Positions 42,916 through 55,569 of a DNA stretch of 64,000 nucleotides are shown here, in pieces (position 1 is the stretch's first letter; every line of letters starts with the position of its first letter). Both the position numbers and the translations under genes were made by a program. The notes under the pieces were generated by a model. The model saw nothing but the letters and a program-made list of their open reading frames with translations, was not told where the DNA came from and did no database searches. The DNA is from Phycisphaerales bacterium (GTDB lineage: Bacteria; Planctomycetota; Phycisphaerae; Phycisphaerales; UBA1924). The stretch covers positions 7,073-71,072 of the forward strand of contig JBGAOG010000002.1 in assembly GCA_044221985.1 (NCBI GenBank), in the 5' to 3' direction.

Positions 42916-43779
42916 TCAAGTCGCGGAATCGGCAACTCCGCCGATTTTCGCTGGTTTTTTCGGCGTTGCGCGCGATCCGGCTCCAGCTTTCCAGGCCGCA
43001 ATATCGGGGCGCCCCGCTCCGAAGAGCCCGGTTTCGGCCCGGTTTTCACCCCCTTGGACCGGCGTTGCAGCCTGGATCTCGACCTCCAGCAGCGAGTGAT
43101 CCGACAGCCCGCGCTCCCGCTCGGCGTGCGAGAAGTGGCTGTTTTCCAGGCACTTATGGAGTTCCGCGGAGAGGTAGCACGCGTCGATCCGCGTCCCGCC
43201 CCGGGCCGGGTGCGCCCAGGACCTCTCCGGGGATCGGGGATGCAAGTGCCGCCAGGCGTCGAGCATTCCCAGCGTGAGGAACGACCCCAGCAGGGCCGTC
43301 GCGCTGAACGTGCGCCCGTCCTCGTCCTCGCGGTGGCGACCGCTGTTGACATCGCCCAGCACCACCCACCTGCCCTGGCCGCGGGCTCGGGCCAGCTCGA
43401 CCAGGTGCCGCCAGCAGGCGGCCTTCTCCCCGCGGCGCGAGTCGTCGGGGATGTGCACACCGCTCACGCCCAGCGGGCCGATCCGCACGTCCACCCACCG
43501 CCCCGCGGGGAACGCTCCAGCGTCGTTCGCCCCCAGGTTCTCCACGGGCCATCTCGACGCCAGCAAGATCGAGTTCCCGCCGTCCGCGCCGGGGCCCACC
43601 GCCTGATGCTCCAGCCCATGGTCGGCCAGGATACCCCGTAGCGCCCCGCCCCGGGCCACCCGGAACTCCGTGAGCACGCAGACGTCCGCGCGACGTTCCA
43701 CCAGCGCCAGGGCGATCTCGGGGAGGCGCGACGGACCGCCCCCCTGCCTGATGTTCCACGTGACCAGCCGCATCCGCAC
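42916..43779 (-). CDS. endonuclease/exonuclease/phosphatase (EEP) family protein
   Basis: Contains LVTWNIRQGG, DVCVLTEF, VVLGDVNS and SDHSLLEVE, a typical EEP motif set. The ~45-aa tail after the domain looks unstructured. Confidence 0.8.
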   Translation of the reverse strand: MRMRLVTWNIRQGGGPSRLPEIALALVERRADVCVLTEFRVARGGALRGILADHGLEHQAVGPGADGGNSILLASRWPVENLGANDAGAFPAGRWVDVRIGPLGVSGVHIPDDSRRGEKAACWRHLVELARARGQGRWVVLGDVNSGRHREDEDGRTFSATALLGSFLTLGMLDAWRHLHPRSPERSWAHPARGGTRIDACYLSAELHKCLENSHFSHAERERGLSDHSLLEVEIQAATPVQGGENRAETGLFGAGRPDIAAWKAGAGSRATPKKPAKIGGVADSAT

Positions 43780-43849
43780 TCCGTTGTCGTCCGCGACCCC
43801 AGCATACCCGGCCCCCCTGGCCGCGGAGGGCGTTCCCTATCCTCGTCCC

Positions 43850-44824
43850 ATGCCCGGCCCGGCGACACGACCCATCATTGCCGTGACTCGCGCCATTCCC
43901 GGGGAGGTCTCCGTCCCTGGCGCGGAAGTGCGACTGGGGGGCGAGAGGGCATTCTCGCGGGCGGACCTCTTGCGGTTCGTTGGTGGGGCGTCGGCGCTGG
44001 TGACGTGGGTGTCGGAGCGCGTGGACGCCGAGCTCCTCGACGCGGCCGGCCCCCAGCTCCGCGGCGTGTGCAACTACGCGGTGGGCGTGGACAACATCGA
44101 CCTGCCGGCGTGCCGCTCGCGCGGGATCCTCGTCACCAACACCCCCAACGCCGTGACCGAGGGCACGGCGGACCTGGCCTGGGCGCTGATCCTGGCGGTG
44201 GCCCGCAGGCTCGTGCCGGCGGACCGGTTCGCGCGGGGCGAGGAACACCCCCGGCTCGGGCCGCTGGGGCCCACGGAGTTCACGGGGCAGGACCTGACGG
44301 GGCGGACGCTGCTGATCGTGGGGGCGGGGCGGATCGGCCAGGCGGTGGCGATGCGGTCGCTGGGCTGGGGCATGCGCGTGCTGTACGTGGCTCGCCAGAA
44401 GCACTGGGAGTTCGAGCTGGCGCCGCTGGCGGCGCGGCGCGTGACGCTGGACGAGGGTTTGCGCGAGGCGGACGTGGTGAGCGTGCACACGCCCCTGACG
44501 CCCGAGACGCGCCACCTCATCAACGCCCAGAACCTGCCGCTGCTCAAGCCCACGGCGATCCTGATCAACACCTCGCGCGGGCCCACGGTCGACGAGCAGG
44601 CCCTGGTGGAGGCACTCAAGGCCCGGCGGCTGTGGGGCGCGGGGCTGGATGTCTTCGAGCGCGAGCCGGTGGTCCATCCCGAGCTCAAGACGCTGGAGAA
44701 CGCCGTGCTCACGCCTCACATCGGCAGCGCGGCCCTGAAATACCGCGAGATGATGACGGCGATGGCGCTGGCGAACGCGGCGGCGGTGGTGGGGGGGCGA
44801 GAGCCGCCGAACCGGGTGGCCTGA
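43850..44824 (+). CDS. D-isomer-specific 2-hydroxyacid dehydrogenase (glyoxylate/hydroxypyruvate reductase-like)
   Basis: Contains GVDNIDL, LLIVGAGRIGQAVA (NAD site), INTSRG, LDVFEREP and TPHIGSA. Trimmed from track ORF 43670.. to the ATG at 43850. Confidence 0.9.
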   Translation: MPGPATRPIIAVTRAIPGEVSVPGAEVRLGGERAFSRADLLRFVGGASALVTWVSERVDAELLDAAGPQLRGVCNYAVGVDNIDLPACRSRGILVTNTPNAVTEGTADLAWALILAVARRLVPADRFARGEEHPRLGPLGPTEFTGQDLTGRTLLIVGAGRIGQAVAMRSLGWGMRVLYVARQKHWEFELAPLAARRVTLDEGLREADVVSVHTPLTPETRHLINAQNLPLLKPTAILINTSRGPTVDEQALVEALKARRLWGAGLDVFEREPVVHPELKTLENAVLTPHIGSAALKYREMMTAMALANAAAVVGGREPPNRVA

Positions 44825-44853
44825 GGGGCCAATGGGCACGCGTGCGACGGAGG

Positions 44854-45306
44854 CTAAGAGCGCCTGGGCGACGCGAACTGCAGCTCGAGGAACCGCGCCA
44901 CGTAGTCAATGACGCTGTGGGCCTCGGGGATGGCGGGGTTGCTCGTCAGGCCCATGGGCTCGAAACGCATGCCCTTGAATCGCACGATCGCGTCCTCGAG
45001 GGTGAGCCCGTGCTGCATGGAGAGGCTGAACGCGCGGCAGAAGGCCTGGCACATGCCGTTCATCGTGGAGCCTTCCTTGGACATCTTGACGAAGATCTCG
45101 CCCGGGCGGCCGTCGGGGTAGAGCCCGACCGTGAGGTAACCCTCGTGGTTGGCGATGGAGAACTTGTGCGTGAGGGACTCGCGCGTGACGGGGAGGCTCT
45201 GGCGGGTGGCGATCATCGGTGCGTCCTGCTGCTCGGGGCCCACGGACCCCGCCCCGGCGCTCTCGCGCCGAGAACCGGAACCGTCGCCGACTTCGCCGCT
45301 GGGCAT
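44854..45306 (-). CDS. stand-alone class II ribonucleotide reductase C-terminal-like (TSCPD/NrdJb-like) domain protein
   Basis: Contains LPVTRESLTHKFSIANHEGYLTVGLYPDGRPGEIFVKMSKEGSTMNGMCQAF...RFEPMGLTSNPAIPEAHSVIDYVARFL, which matches the conserved C-terminal module of NrdJ. The start is 45306 or 45216. Confidence 0.7.
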   Translation of the reverse strand: MPSGEVGDGSGSRRESAGAGSVGPEQQDAPMIATRQSLPVTRESLTHKFSIANHEGYLTVGLYPDGRPGEIFVKMSKEGSTMNGMCQAFCRAFSLSMQHGLTLEDAIVRFKGMRFEPMGLTSNPAIPEAHSVIDYVARFLELQFASPRRS

Positions 45307-45557
45307 GCGGCCAGTGTACGAACACGATCTCACGCCGGGTCAAGCCCCGACCCGGGTGGCCCCAAGTCCGCCGGCGGCGCTGGCGCCGCTGGGGATATCG
45401 GCTGGGGCACGCCCGGCAACCGCAAAACAAGGGCCAAACCCGGGCGCCGGGCCCCTGGCACCGGGCGAGGCGGGCTCGCCCGGGCGTTCTTGCTCGTCCC
45501 GGGCCGCATTCGGTTCGATACCTAGTATCCCGGACCCCGAGCCCGGGGGAGATCGCC

Positions 45558-45929
45558 ATGTCCGAAAGACCCGACATCTCGATGGCTGCCGGCCCAACGC
45601 GCGTGGGCTTGCTGGGCGTGTCCGCCCTGATCGCGGTCGCGGTGGCGGTGTCGGCATCGCTGGGCGTGATTTTCCAGGGCGTGCTCGACGCCCAGGGGTC
45701 GGGCGAGTGGGCCAGCGTCCGGATGGTGGCCCAGGCCATCGTCCAGCGGGCGGATCGGCTCCAGCGGCGCCAGGCCGAGCGGCCCGCTCCGGACTCGAAG
45801 GCGTCGCGCTGCTCCGCGGCGAGGCTGGGCGGCGTCGAATCGCGAACCGCGCGGGACGCCTGCCGGCACGTCGGGCTGGACGCGTTGACCCTGGCGGCGA
45901 TCGACCTGCCACCGCCCGTGCGCGCCTGA
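45558..45929 (+). CDS. hypothetical small membrane protein
   Basis: GGGGGAG lies 7 nt upstream of the ATG. There is one TM helix (VGLLGVSALIAVAVAVSASLGVIF). Third-position GC is high. Confidence 0.45.
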   Translation: MSERPDISMAAGPTRVGLLGVSALIAVAVAVSASLGVIFQGVLDAQGSGEWASVRMVAQAIVQRADRLQRRQAERPAPDSKASRCSAARLGGVESRTARDACRHVGLDALTLAAIDLPPPVRA

Positions 45930-46066
45930 GGATCCGGCGCGCCCGCGCGCCAGTGCTTCCCGCGACGTGCGCGGGCCCGTGCGCATCCACACCACCAATC
46001 GAATCCCCCAAACCGCGCCCTGGCCTCGCCACACCTGGCGGGCCCGGGGCGAGTGAGCTTCATCCC

Positions 46067-50053
<3,987 letters not shown>

Positions 50054-50074
50054 GCCCCGGAGAAGAGCCGGCCC

Positions 50075-51343
50075 ATGGCGCACAGCGACTGTCACATCGC
50101 CGTGATCGGTGGGGGGATCGTGGGCATGGCCAGCGCCATGGCCCTTCTGGAGGGCTCCCAGCCCGCCTCGCGGGCGCTCGGCGCGGGCTTCCCCGCACTC
50201 GACGACCTCCCTCTCATCGTCCTCGAGGCCGAGCCGCGGCTCGCCCAGCACCAGACCGGTCGAAACTCCGGCGTCATCCACTCGGGGTTGTACTACAAGG
50301 CCGGCTCCCTCAAGGCCGCGCTGTGCGCCGGCGGGCGCGAGGCCATGTTCGACTTCTGCGCGCGCCGCGGCATCCCCCACGAGCGCTGTGGGAAGGTCGT
50401 CGTCGCGACCAGTGAACGGGAACTCCCGGCCCTGGCCGAACTCGAACGCCGCGGACTGGCCAATGGACTCGCGGGCGTTCGACGCCTCACCCCCGAGGCG
50501 ATCCGCGAGCACGAGCCCCACGTTCGCGCGCTGGCCGGGCTCCACGTCCCCCAGACGGGGATCGTCTCGTACGCCGCCGTCCTGGACGAGATGGCGCATG
50601 TGGTGCGCGAACGCGGGGGCGTGGTCCGCACGGGTGCCCGGCTGGTGGACGTCGAGCGCCGGGGAGGGTCGTTCGTGCTCCACACGTCGACCGGCTCCCT
50701 CCGCGCGCGCAACGTGGTCAATTGCGCGGGGCTCCAGTCCGACCGGGTGGCCCACCTATTCGGGGCCGATCCGGGCGTGCGGATCATCCCGTTCCGCGGC
50801 GAGTACTACGACCTGCTGCCCCACGCGCGCGCCCTGGTGCGCAACCTGATCTACCCCGTTCCCGACCCGCGATTCCCGTTCCTTGGGGTGCATTTCACAC
50901 GCGGGGTGGACGGAGCCGTGGAGGCCGGGCCCAACGCCGTCCTGGCCCTGGCGCGCGAGGGCTACGACTGGAGCACGGCCTCGCCCGCCGATCTGGCCCA
51001 GACCCTGGCCTATCCGGGGTTCTGGCGCATGGCCGCCCGGCACTGGCGGATGGGGCTGATGGAGGCTCGAAGGTCCCTCCAGCGGGACCTGTTTGTAGAG
51101 GCTCTGCAAGTCCTGATTCCGAGGATCAGGGACTCGGACGTGGTTCCCGGGCGGGCGGGGGTCCGGGCCCAGGCCGTGGACCGCACAGGGACACTGCTGA
51201 ACGATTTCCACGTGGTCCGCGAACCGGGGTTGGTCCATGTGCTCAACGCCCCCTCACCGGCAGCGACGGCGTCCATCGCCATCGGAAACCACATCGCGGG
51301 CCTGGCTTGGCCCTGTTTTCGGGGGGAGGGTGTTGCGGAATGA
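50075..51343 (+). CDS. lhgO: L-2-hydroxyglutarate oxidase (FAD-dependent)
   Basis: Contains IAVIGGGIVGMA, HQTGRNSGVIHSGLYYK, IPFRGEYY, YPVPDPRFPFLGVHFT and NAPSPAATAS. Confidence 0.88.
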   Translation: MAHSDCHIAVIGGGIVGMASAMALLEGSQPASRALGAGFPALDDLPLIVLEAEPRLAQHQTGRNSGVIHSGLYYKAGSLKAALCAGGREAMFDFCARRGIPHERCGKVVVATSERELPALAELERRGLANGLAGVRRLTPEAIREHEPHVRALAGLHVPQTGIVSYAAVLDEMAHVVRERGGVVRTGARLVDVERRGGSFVLHTSTGSLRARNVVNCAGLQSDRVAHLFGADPGVRIIPFRGEYYDLLPHARALVRNLIYPVPDPRFPFLGVHFTRGVDGAVEAGPNAVLALAREGYDWSTASPADLAQTLAYPGFWRMAARHWRMGLMEARRSLQRDLFVEALQVLIPRIRDSDVVPGRAGVRAQAVDRTGTLLNDFHVVREPGLVHVLNAPSPAATASIAIGNHIAGLAWPCFRGEGVAE

Positions 51344-51460
51344 GCGGGCAGAATCGTCTCGCGGGAAGCTCCGCGTCGGGTAAGGTGTGGCCGATATACG
51401 CTCGTCGAGGGGTGGCCGAGGCACCCCCTTCGCGGCAACGGAGAAGCGCAGCAATCCGGA

Positions 51461-52360
51461 GTGGTTTGTAGCGTGACGAGGGAGTCCAAGACCAAGCTGG
51501 CGATCGGCTTGCCCGTCCGCAACGGCGAGAACTACCTCGCGGCGGCGCTGGAGTCGTTGCTCGCGCAGACCTGGCGGGAGTTCACGCTCCTGATCTCGGA
51601 TAACGCCTCGACGGACCGCACGCGCGAGATTTGCGAGGCCGCCGCCGCGCGCGACCCTCGCGTCACGTATGTCCGCCAGGAGCGCAACATCGGCGCGGCC
51701 GGGAACTTCAACTACGCGTTCGAGGCCACGCGGTCGGAGTACTTCAAGTGGGCGGCGCACGACGACGTGATGGACCCGACGTACCTGGAGAGGGTGGTGG
51801 CGTTGCTGGATCGCAGCCCCGGCGCGGTCATCGCGCACTCGAACTCGCTGCTGATCAACGCCGAGGGGAACCGGATTGGTCGCTACGACAGCCAGGCCAC
51901 GCTGCTGAGCGCTCGCCCCAGCGCGCGCCTGGCGGCTTCGTTCCGGCTGGACTATCCCTGCGCGATCTGGGGGGTCATGCGGCGCAGCGCCGTCGAGCGC
52001 ACGCGGCTGCACGAGGGCTACCTGGGGTCCGACTGGAACTTCCTGGGCGAGATGCTCCTGCTGGGCGAGGTCGTGCTGGTCCCGGAGTATCTCTTCTCGG
52101 TTCGTTCGCACGACAACGCCTTCTCGTTCGGAGTTCAGAAGCAGTCCAAGCACTTCCGGCTCACCTGGTTCGATCCCAACGCCAAGCATCCCGTCCAGTC
52201 CGCGTTCCGGAGCGCGGCGCGATTCGTCCAGGCCGCCACCCGCCATCCCCTGGCCCTGCCCGAGCGTCTGGCGTGTCTGGCGGCGATCACCGGGCGTTGT
52301 TGCCGGAAGGCCTCGGCCTCGGTGCGGCGCGGGCTGGGCGGCGAGGGCACGCACGCTTGA
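51461..52360 (+). CDS. family 2 glycosyltransferase
   Basis: Contains LAIGLPVRNGENYLAAALESLLAQTWREFTLLISDNASTD and AHDD (DXD-like). The start is GTG 51461 or 51473. Confidence 0.85.
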   Translation: MVCSVTRESKTKLAIGLPVRNGENYLAAALESLLAQTWREFTLLISDNASTDRTREICEAAAARDPRVTYVRQERNIGAAGNFNYAFEATRSEYFKWAAHDDVMDPTYLERVVALLDRSPGAVIAHSNSLLINAEGNRIGRYDSQATLLSARPSARLAASFRLDYPCAIWGVMRRSAVERTRLHEGYLGSDWNFLGEMLLLGEVVLVPEYLFSVRSHDNAFSFGVQKQSKHFRLTWFDPNAKHPVQSAFRSAARFVQAATRHPLALPERLACLAAITGRCCRKASASVRRGLGGEGTHA

Positions 52361-52397
52361 GCCTCACGCACACGCCAACCCACGGGGAGTTCCTGGC

Positions 52398-53168
52398 ATG
52401 AAAGTCGCGATCCTCGCCGGCGGCGTGGGCACACGCCTCGCTGAAGAGACCGAGATCAAGCCCAAGCCCATGGTGGAGATCGGGGGTCGCCCGATCCTGT
52501 GGCACATCATGATGCACTACGCCGCCTTCGGGCACCGCGACTTCGTCGTGGCCCTGGGATACAAGGGTGAGCACCTCAAGAAGTACTTCACGGATTACGC
52601 GGCCCTCTCGGGGAGCATGCGCATCGGGCTGCGATCGGGCAGGGTTGAGCGGCTGGACGCCGACGTGCCCGACTGGAGTGTCGAGCTGATCGACACGGGG
52701 CTGGCGACCCTCACCGGCGGGCGCATCAAGCGACTTCGCCCCTTCATCGGGGACGAGCGATTCATGCTCACCTGGGGCGACGGCGTCAGCGACGTGAACC
52801 TCGACTCGCTCCTCGAGTTCCACAAGAAGCACGGGAAGCTGGCGACCGTGACGACGGTGCGGCCCACGGCCCGGTTCGGGCACATGGAGTTCGAGGGCGA
52901 CCGGGTCGCCCGCTTCACCGAGAAGCCGCAAACCGCCGAGGGCTGGATCAACGGGGCGTTCTTCATCCTGGAGCCCGGGGTCTTCGAGTACATCGAGGGC
53001 GACGCGACCCAGTTCGAGCACGCACCCATGGAGCGCCTGGCCCGGGAGGGGCAGTTGATGGCGTACAAGCACACCGGCTTCTGGCAGTGCATGGATACGC
53101 TGCGTGACAAGAAGGCCCTCCAGGACCTGTGGGACACCGGACGCCCTCCCTGGAAGACCTGGAAGTAG
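52398..53168 (+). CDS. rfbF: glucose-1-phosphate cytidylyltransferase
   Basis: Begins MKVAILAGGVGTRLAEETEIKPKPMVEIGGRPILWHIMMHY; also contains TGGRIKR, NGAFFILEP and FWQCMDTLRDK. Confidence 0.93.
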   Translation: MKVAILAGGVGTRLAEETEIKPKPMVEIGGRPILWHIMMHYAAFGHRDFVVALGYKGEHLKKYFTDYAALSGSMRIGLRSGRVERLDADVPDWSVELIDTGLATLTGGRIKRLRPFIGDERFMLTWGDGVSDVNLDSLLEFHKKHGKLATVTTVRPTARFGHMEFEGDRVARFTEKPQTAEGWINGAFFILEPGVFEYIEGDATQFEHAPMERLAREGQLMAYKHTGFWQCMDTLRDKKALQDLWDTGRPPWKTWK

Positions 53169-53249
53169 CGCTACGAACCGTCCTCGCGACCCAAGGTCCC
53201 GGGCTGCCCGGGCCGATCTTCTCCTTCGGAAGCACACCGCGGAGGCCCC

Positions 53250-54281
53250 GTGAAGGTCCTGGTCACCGGACATCTCGGCTACATCGGCACCATTCTCACC
53301 CCGATGCTCCTGTCCCGGGGGCATGAGGTCGTGGGTCTCGATTCCGATCTGTACGCGCGGTCGACGTACGGCCCGGCGAGCGCCATCGCGAGCGTCCCGA
53401 ACATCCGCAAGGACATCCGCGACGCCACGCTCGACGACGTGCGCGGGTTCGACGCCGTCCTGCACCTGGCCGGGCTTTCCAACGATCCGCTGGGCGACTT
53501 CAACCCGCAACTCACGTACGACATCAACCACAAGGCCTCGGTCCGGTTGGCCGAGCTGGCCAAGAGGGCGGGCGTGGCACGGTACATCTTTTCGAGCTCG
53601 TGCAGCAACTACGGCGCGGGCGGGAACGACCTTCTGGACGAGTCGGCGGCGTTCCACCCCGTGACGCCCTACGGCGAGAGCAAGGTGATGGTCGAGCGGG
53701 ACGTGGGCACGATGGCCGACGGGCGATTCTCGCCGGTGTTCCTGCGGAACGCGACGGCGTACGGGGTCTCGCCGCGGCTGCGGTTCGACCTCGTGCTCAA
53801 CAACCTCACCGCGTGGGCGTTGACGACGCGCCAGGTGATGCTCAAGAGCGACGGGACGCCCTGGCGACCCATCGTGCACATCGAGGACATCTCGCGGGCG
53901 TTCATCGCGACGCTGGAGGCGCCTCGCGAGCAGGTGCACAACGAGTCGTTCAACGTGGGGACCACCCGGGAGAACTACCGCATCCGCGAGCTCGCGATGA
54001 TCGTCAAGGACACCATCCCCCAGGCCGAGGTCACCTTCGCCGAGGGGGCCTCACCCGACACGCGGAACTACCGGGCCAACTGCGACAAGTACTGCACGAG
54101 GTTCCCGGGATGGGCGCCGCAATGGACGGCCCGGGCGGCGGCGGCGGACCTGCGCGACTCGTTCACGCGCGTGGGGATCACTCTGGAGGACTTCGAGGGC
54201 CCGCGGTACAAGCGCCTCGCGCACATCAAGATGCTCCTGGATTCGGGGCTGCTGGGCCCGGACCTGCGATTCCGTGCGTGA
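53250..54281 (+). CDS. NAD-dependent epimerase/dehydratase family (extended SDR) protein
   Basis: Contains MKVLVTGHLGYIG, SSSCSNYG and the YxxxK site in PYGESK. It lacks the TDE signature of 4,6-dehydratases. Confidence 0.88.
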   Translation: MKVLVTGHLGYIGTILTPMLLSRGHEVVGLDSDLYARSTYGPASAIASVPNIRKDIRDATLDDVRGFDAVLHLAGLSNDPLGDFNPQLTYDINHKASVRLAELAKRAGVARYIFSSSCSNYGAGGNDLLDESAAFHPVTPYGESKVMVERDVGTMADGRFSPVFLRNATAYGVSPRLRFDLVLNNLTAWALTTRQVMLKSDGTPWRPIVHIEDISRAFIATLEAPREQVHNESFNVGTTRENYRIRELAMIVKDTIPQAEVTFAEGASPDTRNYRANCDKYCTRFPGWAPQWTARAAAADLRDSFTRVGITLEDFEGPRYKRLAHIKMLLDSGLLGPDLRFRA

Positions 54282-54302
54282 CGGCGCGCCAACGATCCAC
54301 CC

Positions 54303-55568
54303 ATGACCACGACCTTCGAAACACGCTGCCAACGGGCCAAGGACCGCATCACGGACGCCGTCGGGCTCGAGCCGATCCTGGACCTGGGGCCCATGCCCCA
54401 CGCGGACGGGCTGCTCTCGCGGGCCCAGCTGGACGCGGTCCGTGCCGGGAAGGCCGTCGAGCCCCGGTGGCCCCTGGAGCTGGCGTTCAGCCGCCAGAGC
54501 GGGTTGGTGCAGATCCTGGAGACGGTGGATCCCAGGGTGCTCTTCGGGGCGGACTATCCGTACTTCTCGTCGTTCTCCGACGCGTGGCTGCAACACTGCC
54601 GTGACCACGCGCTCAGCCTGATCCACACTCGGAAGCTGGGCCGGTCGAGCCTGGTGGTGGAGCTGGCCAGCAACGACGGGTATCTGCTCAAGAATTTCGT
54701 GCAGGCCGGGGTTCCCGTGCTGGGGATCGACCCGGCGCCGGGGCCGGCCCAGGCCGCGGAGAAGGCCGGGGTGCCCACGGTGTGCGACTTCTTCACGCTG
54801 GACATGGCGCGGCGGCTGGCGGCGGAGGGCAAGCGGGCGGACGTGATCATCGGGAACAACGTGATGGCCCACGTGGCGGACACCAACGGATTCGTCCGGG
54901 GCATCCGCGAGCTCCTCAAGGACTCGGGGACGGCGTCGATCGAGGCGCCCTACGTGCGCGACATGATCGGGCACGCCGAGTTCGACACGATCTACCACCA
55001 GCACCTGTGCTACTTCTCGGTGCACTCGGCGGACGCGCTGTTCCGGCACAACGGGCTCAGCCTGAATCACGTCGAGTGGCTGCCCACGCACGGGGGGTCG
55101 CTGCGGTACTACGCCGGGCGCGAGCGGAGCGTGCGGGAGTCCGTGGGGCGGTTCCTCGCCGACGAGAAGGAGCTGGGCATGGACAAGCCCGGGTACTACC
55201 GGGGATTCGCCAGCGCCGTGCGCAACATCGGGGCGACGATGCGGAGCATCCTGTCGGACATCAAGCGGCGTGGAGGGACGATCGCGGCGTATGGCGCCGC
55301 GGCCAAGGGCGCGATCATGCTGAACTTCCTGGGCGCCGACCACGCGATGATCGACTTTGTGGTGGACCGCAACGTGCACAAGCAGGGGCGGTTCATGCCG
55401 GGCGTCCATGTCCCGATCCTCGCCCCCGAGGAGCTGCTCCGGCGCAGGCCGGACTACTGCGTCATCCTCCCGTGGAACTTCAAGGACGAGATCGTGCGCC
55501 AGCAGGCGGGGTACCGCGAGGCGGGCGGGCGTTTCATCGTGCCCATTCCTTCGCCGGTGATCCTGTGA
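54303..55568 (+). CDS. NDP-hexose C-methyltransferase family protein (TylC3-like; degenerate N-terminal Zn-ribbon)
   Basis: SAM-methyltransferase core (VVELASNDGYLLKNF), HLCYFS, and a C-terminal C-methyltransferase domain (AAYGAAAKGAIMLNFLG...VDRNVHKQGRFMPGVHVPI...PDYCVILPWNFKDEI). Confidence 0.85.
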   Translation: MTTTFETRCQRAKDRITDAVGLEPILDLGPMPHADGLLSRAQLDAVRAGKAVEPRWPLELAFSRQSGLVQILETVDPRVLFGADYPYFSSFSDAWLQHCRDHALSLIHTRKLGRSSLVVELASNDGYLLKNFVQAGVPVLGIDPAPGPAQAAEKAGVPTVCDFFTLDMARRLAAEGKRADVIIGNNVMAHVADTNGFVRGIRELLKDSGTASIEAPYVRDMIGHAEFDTIYHQHLCYFSVHSADALFRHNGLSLNHVEWLPTHGGSLRYYAGRERSVRESVGRFLADEKELGMDKPGYYRGFASAVRNIGATMRSILSDIKRRGGTIAAYGAAAKGAIMLNFLGADHAMIDFVVDRNVHKQGRFMPGVHVPILAPEELLRRRPDYCVILPWNFKDEIVRQQAGYREAGGRFIVPIPSPVIL

Positions 55569-55569
55569 G

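Noticed and set aside
42476-43779. HU-like protein + EEP nuclease as a possible defence or mobile-element module
   Set aside because: The two genes are separated by a 71-nt gap. No integrase, recombinase or other defence genes are nearby, and composition is native. Both are common stand-alone housekeeping-type genes.
45217-45557. Cobalamin riboswitch or NrdR box upstream of the NrdJ-tail-like ORF
   Set aside because: No B12-box-like sequence was recognised. The only palindrome (GTGTTCGTACAC) does not match the 16-bp NrdR box layout, and it probably lies within the coding N-terminal extension.
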